Source: Vicugna vicugna (taxonomy: Eukaryota). From it: a DNA stretch of 64,000 bases. Made by a program: the position numbers and the translations under genes. Shown piece by piece: positions 55,301 to 64,000 of this stretch; positions within the stretch are counted from its first letter, which is position 1; every line of letters begins with the position of its first letter. The DNA lies in NCBI GenBank assembly GCA_013265495.1, contig MU059972.1, positions 885,915 to 949,914 of the forward strand, given 5' to 3'. The notes beneath the pieces are model-generated. The model made no database searches and was not told the origin of the DNA. It saw only the letters and a list, made by a program, of their open reading frames with translations.

Positions 55301-58300
55301 TGCGAGGTGCCAGCACCACCGCACCAAGGCCTTCCACAACAACACTCAGAGCTCCCACCCTCAGAACTCAACGTCAGGCAAGAGGGCAGTGGGAGAAGCG
55401 ACGGCCCCGCAAGCGACATCAGTGGCTCTCAAACTTTGTGGGCAGCACCTGAGTCTCCCAAGGGCTTGTTAAAAGCAGCAGCTGGCCTCCACTCCAGGAC
55501 CTTCAGGCCGGGTGTGTCTCATGAGCCCCCACGGGCCACACCTGGAGAACTGCAGCCCCTCCCCTGTGCAGAAGGGCCTGAACTGGGTAAGGACGCCTGG
55601 ACACAAAACAGGCCATGCGCGGGGCCCCAGGAAGCGAGAGCTGCTGAGGCTTGGTCCTTCTGAGACTTACGCTGATGGCCCTGGAGCCCCGGCGTCCTTG
55701 GCCACCTTCCCACACACCCTGCAGAGCGCGTGCTGCCACCGGCTGTCCCTGTGAGGCCAGCCCGAGCAGCACTGCAGGGCTGGGGAGGCTGGGGTCTCCC
55801 CGTGGCGCCTCCCTGCCAGCCCTGCAAGCCCAGCCTCATCGCCCTCTTGGGAGGTGCCAGCACCCCTCCTGCGCTGCCCAAGCCGCAGCCCTTCTCCCAG
55901 CTCCCGCAGGGACGGTTCCAACCGCCTTCCTCCCCTCACCCTGGGGGGCAGCGGCCTCTCTGCCCCCGCGGTCACCTAGAAAGCACGTCTTTAGGTTAAA
56001 CACTCCCTGTTAAAAGAGCCGGGCGGTCTCTGCTGAGTGGACCCTGACTGACACAGCCCTTGCCCTGAGGGTCGTCAGAACAGCTTTCCCACCAGGCACA
56101 TGCCAGGTCCTGTTCCCAGAGGTCTGGACTTGCCAGGCTAGGCGTGTCCTATCACAAAACACACAGCAGATGCTGAACAGACAACCAAACACAAGTGAAA
56201 ACCTGGCTCTAAGGTGGTCTGGTCCTCGGAGGACCCTGCCTGGCGGAGAGGCTGTGGGTGAACACGGGCCGGGGCTGGAGCGCGGCACCTGGATGGCCGT
56301 GGACCTGGGCTGCAGACAGTTCCGTCAGGCACAATCTCAAGGCCCCCACTCCAGCCAGGCTGAGAACAGTGTCAAGGATGGAACTTGAGGTTCCAAGGCC
56401 CCTCCCTTCACCACTCACAGTAACCGTACAGTCAGAGAGTGAAGTCCCAGACCGCATCCCGATGTGCTGGCTCCCAGGACGCGTACTGACACCCCCCCCG
56501 GGGGGGCAGCACCGTCACCCAAGTTTTACACGAGAAAAAGCTGAGACCTCAAGACTCAAGTCAAGCAAAATGCCCACAGTGACCGGCAGGTGCAGCCCTA
56601 ACTGCAGCCGCACTACTGCACATGCAGAATTAGAAAACATCCGAGTTCAGCTCTCACGTCCTTGACCTCTAATCCTTCCACCTGAGCCACGACAGGTGTG
56701 GCCCTCCCGAGCTTCCTGCCCGCAGAGCGCCTGGCGGGGTGTGGCCTGAAATGCAAGGCCTTGAAACAACCTTGGGGGTCTGGGTCAGCACAACTGAATC
56801 TGGAAACACAGGCATGTATGTGTCCCTCTTCCTGAGCCTTTTACTGTCATTTCAGCCAGAAATCAGTGGTTTTTGTTTTCTGGTAGCAAACCCAAGTGCA
56901 CAGAGTCACTGCAAGACTTAAGACGATGCTGAAACTGGCCGGTGACCAGAGCCCACACCACACTGGCCGCTCAGGAGAGACGTGGCCTGTAATGCCCCTT
57001 CCCGGCAGCTGGACTGGTTACACTACACATTTCCTCGAGATCTGACCCAGGTCTCCAACCACATCAACTTCTGCAACCGTGTTTTAAAAAGATCAGCAAT
57101 AAAATGTCTGGAAGAAATGAGGAAGACGGCATTGACGATGAGGAGGGTCACACCTGTCACACTCCCAGATGTCAGTGACAAACTTTCCTGGGTCCTGGGG
57201 AGCTTGGGGAAGGGTGGGGAGGAGCCTTGTGTTACGGGGCTCCAGCTGTTAAAGAACAGCTGTAAAGACTCTCAGATATGATAGGAACCCAAATGGGTGG
57301 AAGCCCACCCCAGGCACATGTCCTCCACGGAAGCAAGACGAGGAGGAAAGTCAACTGCACAGTGTCTGAGATGGGTCGGGATGCCGCCCTCAGTGCAGGG
57401 AGAGGGACAGGGCTCGGCCCCTACACGCTAGGGGCCACGTGCTGCTGCTCTCAGAGCCCGAGCCCACACAGCAGGGGACAGCTGCGTTCTCTGTCAACGG
57501 GGAGGGGGGCCGAAGTGTTCCTTACGCTGTATCTCTGACATCTCTCGTGATGCGGTAATTCCAGTCTCGGAAAACTTCATTTTCTTTGTCAAACTCCCGT
57601 TCATCTTCGCCAATGGTCACTGTAAATCTTTTCTCTTCAAAATCAGGTTCCTGTTCTTTTCGAATGGTTGCTTTTTTTAAAACCTACCATTGTAAGAAGA
57701 AAGAAGCCAACACGAGTTACTGTTAGGAACACAGAGGGAGTCCTGTCCTGACTTGACCCATGAAGCCTGGGCCGGCGTGGCTGGAGGGCCTTGCAGGAGA
57801 GCACGCGTGGCTGATGCGAGCCCAAGCTCTGTGCCGGGGACGGACACGGGACCCACGCGCCTCTTGCGGGGACGGGAGCACGCCGTCCTCGCAGGCACAG
57901 CTGCAGCAGCGCTCGGGCAGAGGGGCGGAGCGGGGGCTCCCTACTACTAGTCCGGGTGCCGGAGCAGGGGCTCCAGACACGTGCCCTGGGAGGACAGAGC
58001 GGAGAGGTCGGTGAGCGCGTCCCGCAAGAGAGGCCCTGAGCCAGCCAGCCTCAGAGGAAAGCAGGGCCGGGGGCGGGCGGGGCTCTGCCCTAGCCCGTCA
58101 TCCTGGTGGAGAGAGCAGGCCTGGAGGCCGTGAGCCTGGACCCCCAGGACCGGGAAGCAGCCTGGACTGGGGGTGGGACGAGGGGTGTTCTCTAGGGAGA
58201 CAGGACCGTGTGCCAGATGCACGGGCCACTCTGGGGAACACTGTGTGCTCTCTAGGGAGCGGCCCAGTGCTGGCCGAGCCACATGCAGGCAGCAGGCCGG

Positions 58301-59087
58301 GCTCCTGACTGGGCCTCCCCAGCCTATGAGGCTCTGTCATGGCCCAGCAAGCCTCTGAGACAGGCAGATGTCGTTTTCCGCTCTCTACTTCTTCAGAGAA
58401 GTGACAGAAACACGCCCTCACTCCAGAGGCCTCACTGAGCTCTGACTGCCGTCCCGGGTCAAAGGCAGGCTTCTTTCGCACACGGGCTGCCACTACTGCC
58501 TGTCTGCGCAGGCTCTGTTACCTCCTTTGCGTGCCGGAGTCCTCGCTCCCAGGCGCTCTCGGTGGGGGGCTCTGGAGGGGGTGGAGGCAAAACTTCATCG
58601 ACTCCCGGCCCGCCCTGTTAAGGGACGAGAAGGGAGGAGTTAAGGGATCAAGCAAACTTCCAGACCTCTGAAGAACCAGAGGAGCAGAACACCAGCTAAC
58701 ACGACAGCGGCCACACTGCCCGCTGTCTCCTCCGGGCCTTGCTCTGCCCGACACGGCTGCCCCGGGGCCAGGGCGCCCTCTGCTGGAGACAACCCGAGCA
58801 CCGGGGGAGGGGGTGGCTCTGGGGCCCTGGCGCCACAGAGGTCCCTGAGACACAAGGCGTATGAATGTGCTTCATGTTGGAGATTCACAAACAGAGCTTA
58901 GATGTGATCTGCCAGCAACGAAAGAGGCGTTCACGCACCCAAGGGCTGGCAGGCATCAGAGGGTGCGGTCCGAGGGGCGGGGCGCCGTTGGGCGGGAAGG
59001 GCTCCGCCTTGGTGATGAGGGAGTAGTTGCCCTTGTCGTTGACTCCAGGGTGGATAAACCTGCAGTTCATCCCCCAGGTGCAGTTCC
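34130..59087 (-). CDS. ZC3H18: Zinc finger CCCH domain-containing protein 18, 5'-partial (15 coding exons; exons 4-18 by analogy with human)
   Basis: complement join 58939-59087,58522-58614,57526-57683,53101-53218,51877-52145,42871-43062,41976-42101,39608-39709,38313-38459,37946-38005,36917-37077,36554-36753,36154-36250,35010-35106,34130-34340; all GT-AG and frame-consistent. CCCH remainder GNCTWGMNCRFIH, RE-repeat, RS region, C-terminal RREELLKQLKAVEDAIARKRAKIPGKV. No upstream exon found between 59088 and 64000. Confidence 0.97.
35010..35106 (-). CDS. ZC3H18: ZC3H18 exon 17
   Basis: ccag| GSRDRKSGGRLSSPKPERQRGQNSKAPMAPPD |GTGAGT. Confidence 0.95.
36154..36250 (-). CDS. ZC3H18: ZC3H18 exon 16
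   Basis: gcag| AADKASRKRYEPSDKDRQSPPPAKRANLSPDR |GTGAGC. Confidence 0.95.
36554..36753 (-). CDS. ZC3H18: ZC3H18 exon 15
   Basis: gcag| GKSKKEDGVK...GTFIAHKEIKLTLLNK |GTGAGG. Confidence 0.95.
36917..37077 (-). CDS. ZC3H18: ZC3H18 exon 14
   Basis: ccag| RSLSVSSVSSVSSATSSSSSAHSVDSDDMYADLASP...TKKEK |GTACGT. Confidence 0.95.
37946..38005 (-). CDS. ZC3H18: ZC3H18 exon 13
   Basis: gcag| RRTVSGSGSGSSYSGSSSRS |GTCATT (weak donor). Confidence 0.9.
38313..38459 (-). CDS. ZC3H18: ZC3H18 exon 12
   Basis: acag| GEKSVKKPAPAPAPPQAPK...RERQARTPPR |GTAAGC. Confidence 0.95.
39608..39709 (-). CDS. ZC3H18: ZC3H18 exon 11
   Basis: gcag| RSRSFSSSPSPSPTPSPHRPVRAKGEPAPPPAKA |GTAAGT. Confidence 0.95.
41976..42101 (-). 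CDS. ZC3H18: ZC3H18 exon 10
   Basis: gcag| RSSSRSSSYSGSGSSRSRSRSSSYSSYSSRSSRHSSFSGSRS |GTACGT. Confidence 0.95.
42871..43062 (-). CDS. ZC3H18: ZC3H18 exon 9
   Basis: tcag| SRQAELPKKEAASTGPQVKRADEWKDPWRRSKSPKKKLGVSVSPSRARRRRKTSASSASASNSS |GTGAGG. Confidence 0.95.
49874..50217. mobile_element. Tigger4 (Zombi)-family non-autonomous DNA transposon
   Basis: cagactggtgcctggcttacg...tttttgactttatgatggtg...ttcagtacagtattca...gtgtattagatgcatttt...aaagttggggaggatttg; degenerate terminal inverted repeats. Confidence 0.7.
51030..51630 (+). mobile_element. Degenerate L1 ORF2 (RT region) fragment, antisense to ZC3H18
   Basis: gcaggatacaaagtcagcata...cttaggaataaattt...aaagaccagtacactgaaaattgtaagacgctgatgaaa...gacattccacgctcatg. 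Confidence 0.8.
51877..52145 (-). CDS. ZC3H18: ZC3H18 exon 8 (RE/RD-repeat)
   Basis: ctag| ERERERERENRQRERE...KEKEKPKARSPQPP |GTAGGG. Confidence 0.95.
51990..52140. repeat. Coding (GAGCGC/GAGCGG)n hexamer repeat
   Basis: cgctcgcgctcgcgctcgcgctc... on +, encoding RE dipeptides of ZC3H18 on -. Confidence 0.85.
53101..53218 (-). CDS. ZC3H18: ZC3H18 exon 7
   Basis: tcag| ALEPYADPYYDYEIERLWRSGQYENFRVQYSDAEPHHSYR |GTACGC. Confidence 0.95.
53290..54120 (+). mobile_element. Degenerate L1 ORF2 (RT region) fragment, antisense to ZC3H18
   Basis: gggatttatcccaggactgccaggctgagtcaag...cattttgcaggttaaatgatgctacacgtggaaaacc. Confidence 0.75.
56510..56670 (-). mobile_element. MIR fragment
   Basis: ccaagttttacacgagaaaaagctgagacctcaag. 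Confidence 0.35.
57526..57683 (-). CDS. ZC3H18: ZC3H18 exon 6
   Basis: gtag| VLKKATIRKEQEPDFEEKRFTVTIGEDEREFDKENEVFRDWNYRITRDVRDT |GTAAGG. Confidence 0.95.
58522..58614 (-). CDS. ZC3H18: ZC3H18 exon 5
   Basis: acag| GGPGVDEVLPPPPPEPPTESAWERGLRHAKE |GTAACA. Confidence 0.95.
58939..59087 (-). CDS. ZC3H18: ZC3H18 exon 4 (CCCH finger, C-terminal part)
   Basis: gtag| GNCTWGMNCRFIHPGVNDKGNYSLITKAEPFPPNGAPPLGPHPLMPASPW |GTGCGT. Confidence 0.95.
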
Positions 59088-59952
59088 CTACGGAAACAAA
59101 AGGCAGGTCAGAAGGGGCCACGGCCCAAGCACCCAAGCACACAGGTCAGCTGCCCACCTGCTCTGCCTGCCGCAGCCTGTGGGGCAGGAGCAGGAGTAGC
59201 AGCCACGCGGGGGGCTCGGGATGTGCCAGGCTGCTGGTGGAACCCTCTCCACCCTACAAGGTGCGTGAGCCTGAGTGGGGACGGACCCAAAGACCGGCAA
59301 CGTCCCATGAGCGCAGGGCAGCAGGCCTGCGAGGTCTGGGCCAACCTGCAAGGAGCACCTCCTAAAGGGGCCGGGTCCCTGCTCCGTAGTCACCATGTGC
59401 ACAGTTCATTCTCCAGAAAAACAGCAGAATCTGAGAGCCTCCCAGCCAGCCAGGGCGGCCTGAGCTCTGGGCAATGCCCAGCACACAAATGGCCCGGCGA
59501 GGCTTGCAGGTGCGCCCACGGGGTCGTTGTTCTGGCTCAGAAGACACTCGTGCTGACACAGAAACCGACAAGCTCTGGGACCTGAGGCCAGCGGTCTGTG
59601 CCAGCTCTGAGTGTCTGCGCTTCCCCTATCAACCACGCCAGGGTGTTTCTAATACTTCAAAAAATGTGTCAGAGAGAAAACACATGGACGACTATAATAA
59701 ACTGGGTGTTTACACTTTACAACAAATGATAAAAAGGTCAACTTTTAGCATTATTCAGCAACAGAACACCAAGATTATTAAAAAAAAAAAAACCACTTGA
59801 CTTTTTAGCACAGAAGGCAGGATACCTAGTTTTAATTTAGTATGTGAGTGAATCACTGTTTTTAAAATTTAACTTTTTGAATAGGTAATATGTACACAAG
59901 TTCAAAAATAAATACGGCATACAATATCTAAGTAGTTTTAAAAAATATTTTC

Positions 59953-60055
59953 GGAGGGTGGGTATAGCTCAGTGGTGGAGCACATGAGGTTCTGGGTTCA
60001 ATCCCTGGTACCTCCTCTAAAAAATAAATAAACCTAATTACCACACACACACCCC
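59953..60055 (+). mobile_element. tRNA-derived SINE (camelid type), short internal deletion
   Basis: gggtatagctcagtggtggagcacatgaggttctgggttcaatccc...aaataaataaacctaattacc. Confidence 0.9.
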
Positions 60056-60258
60056 AATTTTTTTTTCATTGGGTTAGCATGTAGTTAAATTTTAAATTAC
60101 CTTTTAATATATATTCACTTTTAAACATGATACTCCACTTGAATATTTGTTTGTATAGTGTAAATTAAAGAGAAATAATCATTTGGTATTTAGGGAAAAC
60201 GCTGTATCTTACCTTTTAAACATTACGAGTGTTTAAATTTGTATTAAAACCAACTTAA

Positions 60259-60398
60259 GGGGGAGGCTATAGCTCCATGGTAGAGTGCATGCTTAGCATG
60301 CATGAGGTCCTGGGTTCAATTCCCAGTACCTCCTCTAAAAATAAATAAACCTAATTACCGCCCCCTAAACCCCCCAAAACAAAACAAATTAAAAAAAA
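60259..60398 (+). mobile_element. tRNA-derived SINE (camelid type), full length with TSD
   Basis: gggggaggctatagctccatggtagagtgcatgcttagcatgcatgaggtcctgggttcaattccc; TSD caacttaa at 60251-60258 and 60399-60406. Confidence 0.92.
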
Positions 60399-62381
60399 CA
60401 ACTTAATAATATACTGCTCTGAATTAAATATGAAATAAAGTATGCTTAAAATTACTTCTCTGGGAATGCAAAAATGACTGATCAACTTTTAAAATTACTA
60501 AAAGTGTCTGAGAGATCACATATCTGTCAGAGGCTGGGAAATATACTGGGAAATATACTGGGCTGGGAAATATAGGGGGTTCAAAATCCCGGAGACCCAG
60601 AGGTTTTAAAGAAAAAAGACTGTGCAGTCAATACATCTCAATAACAAATTCCAAAACACTATGGGCTACTTCACCACTTGACTCTTAAACAAACTAGTTG
60701 AAAAAAATACCAAAAGCTCATTGTACAAAACTCGCAGGTTCAGTAAAGTATTAACAATATAAACCACAGCTTTTCTATAATTTTAAAATCTAAAATTTAT
60801 ATGTAGGTGGTGGACAAATGAATGCTATTCTGTTCTTTTTGTATTTAAAACTTCCAAAACAAAACAAAAACCTCAGCTGTGAGCCCACCGATGAGGAAGA
60901 ACTCTCACCACCCGCTGGCCGGGCAGGGGAGGAGGCGGAGCGGGTGGGTGCGAGGGTGAGTGAGGAGGGAGGGAGGCCCCCGCCCCAGGCTGTGCTAAGG
61001 ACCACCTGCGCATTTGTCCTGACCCTGACCTCCCACGAGGCGGGGAAGACTGCTCCAGGAAGGAGTGTGGCCGGCTGTACACACGAGGACAGGCGTCCCA
61101 CAAATGCAGGCAAAAAGAGCAGCAAGAACAGTACAATCCCGTCAGCCTTTTAAAAAATGAATTTTTAACTGTGTAGAAAAAAGTCTGGAAGGACACACCC
61201 AAACGGTTACCACCTCGATTCTGTCAGTACATGCTACTTTCGTGATTCAAAAAAGCATCTGTTTGGGGAAAAAATTCTCCAGGAAATGGAAGCAAAAATA
61301 CATTAACTCGTTTTAAAACTGCATCGTCTTCTGCTTCTAAATGAAACTTCACAAACACAAAACTGATGTGGACTGTGATCGAGGCTAGACGAATAAACAC
61401 TTACAATTCTGTAAGGACGCTACACGGGGCGGATGCGAGCCTGGCGGGAGGGCAGGAGAGGAGGCGCGGCTTGCCTGGCGGGTGGGGGGCCAAGCCTCTT
61501 CCCCGCATGCACATGGGGCTTCAAAGGCACTGATTAGGTTCTGTTTCTTAACGGAAGTGGGGGGCACATCAGAAATCGCTTCTTTTATTATTCTTTATGT
61601 CTGTGTGGCTGTATTATTTTACATGTGAAATATTTCATAATAAAACTAATAAAAGGAGCACACATGAACAAAAGTACCCCAATACTCTAAGAGGCACTCG
61701 GTGGCCTCCCGCCTGCAGTGCCCACCAGCCGCAGTGTCGCCCTGCCAGGGGTTGACCCGTCTACCTGCCCATCAGGGCCCCGACCCACTTCTTCCTGCTT
61801 ACACCACACACTCTGATGAGCCTTGCTTTTTTTCACTAAACAATATTCCTACAAAAAAGGAACCTGCGTGCTCAAAGGCAACAAACCCAAAGTCCATCAG
61901 TGAGACACACACAGTCCAAAGAAAGCTCACCTGGGTCTCTCAGCAGAAACTAAGGAACCCAACACAGAGGCGAGAGGAAAGGAAAGCACACCCCACACCG
62001 CAGCCCCAGGAGCCCACCTCGCTCACCGAGTGAAGCGTCAGGACAAGAGAAAGTGCCCGTGTCTGTGGGCACACGTGTGAGCGTGGGTGCGCGGTGGCTC
62101 CAGACACACGCCCAGAGCCTGCGGGTCTGACTGCCGGCCTGAAGGCACTTACACGCTGCACATCGCTGCACTCCCAGCGCATCCTACAGCAGCTGAGATA
62201 ACTTTACAATATCTGCTTTCCGTGCAAAACACTTGCTTCACACTAACGTTTTAAACAAAGCCTTCCTTATTTAAATACTCCTTGGTCCTGTTTCCTGTTA
62301 GTCTGAATCACTCAGAGTAACAGATACAGGGACTGTCAAAATAAAGTTTAAAGTGCTTCATGGTTTTAAAAAGTACTTCCT

Positions 62382-62505
62382 GGGGAGGGTATAACTCAAG
62401 TGGTAGAGAACATGCTTGGCAAACACAAGGTCCTGGGTTCAGTCCCCAGTACCTCCTCTAAAAAAAAAAATAAGTAAACCTAATCCCCCCACCAAAATTT
62501 TTTTT
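62382..62505 (+). mobile_element. tRNA-derived SINE (camelid type) with TSD
   Basis: ggggagggtataactcaagtggtagag...ggtcctgggttcagtcccc; TSD aaaagtacttcct (62369-62381) / aaaatacttcct (62506-62517). Confidence 0.92.
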
Positions 62506-62817
62506 AAAATACTTCCTACAAGGAAAGTAGAATATATACAAATCTAATAAATAATGAAGGACCAACCCAAGATCTACAAATGCTCACTCTAACAGGCATA
62601 AAATCCAACGAACCACGACAAGTGAACCTCGAGTGACAGAGCAAAGGAGCTCAAGCACTTTCCCCTTTCACAGAGAACTGCGGCCAACGGGCAGGCACTG
62701 CGGGCATCTCCAGCAGGATCCTGACGCAGTTCAACTTCTTCAAGGAATGTGTTCACTGTGGCAGCCGAAATAATGAAAACAGTTTCTGGGCTGCTTCTTT
62801 TACAAAGACTTGAAACC

Positions 62818-63560
62818 AGCAGTTCTCATAACTTTTTGGTCTCAGGACCCCAAAGAGCCTTTGTAAAGATTATATTTGATACTTACCGTGAAAATTAAAA
62901 CTGAGAACATTTAAGGGCATGAAATATAACATATGTAACTAACGTTAACAATACTTGTTAACATAAGTGTTTTAGGAAAAGATACTTTAAAAACACTCAG
63001 GGATGAGCGGCATTATCTTCCTTTTTGCACGTCTCTTTAGTTTTGACGTGAGAATAGGACCCTCAAGCTGGCATCTGTGCTCCATTTGCTGTGATGGGCT
63101 GTGTGGTGAAGCAGGCGAGGAGAAGCCAGCCTCACCCAGAGGCACAGCTGGATAGGGTGGGGCGGACGGCCTTTTCAGCAGCCGGCGTGTTGTCTGAGGC
63201 TTCGTCATGGTCAGCCGCAGCCCTACCACTGAACTTCTCCGCCTCTTCTACTGAAGTCCACTGGTCCCTCGTGGCCTGGGAATGGCCTTCTCCCCAGGAA
63301 TGATTTTGTAACACCATGTAACAGTCATTTGGAAAAGTCCTCAAACTCTGCGAAGCTGTCACAGTCTCCAAAATTCTGATTTCACTTGAGAGCCTGAACT
63401 TCACCAGCACAGACTGTCAGCTGGTCTCCTGGGCGTGTCCTGGAGGGACCTGGCCCCGAGGCGCGTCCTGGCTCCCATGAGACGCCCCAGCACCTCAGTG
63501 AGAGCAGAGGGGCTCCATGCACACTTGTAGTTTCATCACATGGAATATCAAAAGACGTGG
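62818..63560 (-). mobile_element. Charlie1-family hAT DNA transposon relic with transposase remnant
   Basis: End cagttctcataactttttggtctcaggacccc; ORF 63132-63410 contains FPNDCYMVLQNHSW...EEAEKF, resembling Charlie1 transposase FPNDQCMMLQNHAW...EYEKF. Confidence 0.75.
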
Positions 63561-63564
63561 TGAG

Positions 63565-63712
63565 GGGTCTGGCTGAGGTGACGGAAATATTCTAAAGCTG
63601 GGTTGAAGTGATGGAAGCACAACTTGGTGAATTAATAAAAATCATCGAATCGTACACTTAAAACGAGTGAATTTTATGGCATGTAAATGAGACCTCAAAA
63701 AGTTATTTAAAA
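63565..63712 (+). mobile_element. Old L1 3' tail
   Basis: ggtgacggaaatattctaaagctggg...cgtacacttaaaacgagtgaattttatggcatgtaaatgagacctcaaaaag. Confidence 0.75.
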
Positions 63713-63879
63713 GAAGACCTGTACTCCAAGGTAAAGTCTACCTGTGATTCTTCCTGCTCTACCACAGATACTGCCAAACGAGTTCTGCCACCAGTGCGGT
63801 CTGAGTCTAACGAGACCTCTGACCGCAGGGGCCCTGAGTCTCAAGGGGTCCACAGAGCACACTTTGAGATCTGCTGCAC

Positions 63880-64000
63880 TGAGCACAAAAGAGAATGCAG
63901 GGGTTAAAAAATGTGCAATAAACCATCCCTCCCAAGAAGATACACAAATGGCCAAAAAGCACATGGAAAGATGCTCAGCACCACTAACCACAGGGAAACG
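63880..64000 (+). mobile_element. L1 ORF2 C-terminal fragment (truncated by the window edge)
   Basis: ccaagaagatacacaaatggccaaaaagcacatggaaagatgctcagcaccactaa. Confidence 0.8.

Noticed and set aside
58612-58630. U12-like TCCCTTAAC at the ZC3H18 exon 5 acceptor
   Set aside because: The As lie only 2-3 nt from the AG, too close for a U12 branch point, and the intron donor is GTGCGT (U2 type).
60259-60335. tRNA-like sequences (also at 12102, 25150, 59953, 62382)
   Set aside because: These are SINE heads with a shared A-rich tail and TSDs, not tRNA genes.
60535-60575. Short direct repeats ctgggaaatata x2-3
   Set aside because: Local slippage duplication; no spacer array or other structure, not CRISPR-like.

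Overview
GC-rich mammalian genomic DNA, probably camelid (inferred from six copies of a tRNA-derived SINE with an AAATAAATAAACCTAATTACC-type tail). Gene order matches the human 16q24 block in reverse orientation. I reconstructed the exons by hand; splice phases and reading frames are consistent throughout. The genes are MVD (+, 10 exons, 400 aa), CYBA/p22phox (+, 6 exons, 194 aa), IL17C (-, 3 exons, 199 aa) and the 3' 15 coding exons of ZC3H18 (-, 5' part beyond the window). The rest is intronic or intergenic DNA with old MaLR LTRs, L1 relics, MIRs, Tigger4 and Charlie1 relics, and a 112-nt N gap. I found no unknown multi-gene system. The best leads concern RNA processing and IL-17C: (1) a U12 minor intron in CYBA; (2) no canonical poly(A) signal for 2.7 kb after the CYBA stop, implying possible tail-to-tail overlap with the IL17C 3' UTR and its AU-rich elements; (3) an RRRRR/S furin-type site in IL-17C and a start codon in weak context at the very end of exon 1; (4) a GC-AG intron with a competing in-frame GT donor, and a re-splicing-type exon start, in MVD; (5) a candidate poison exon in ZC3H18. 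Comparisons with human or mouse sequences and repeat consensus sequences are from memory and need confirmation by alignment.
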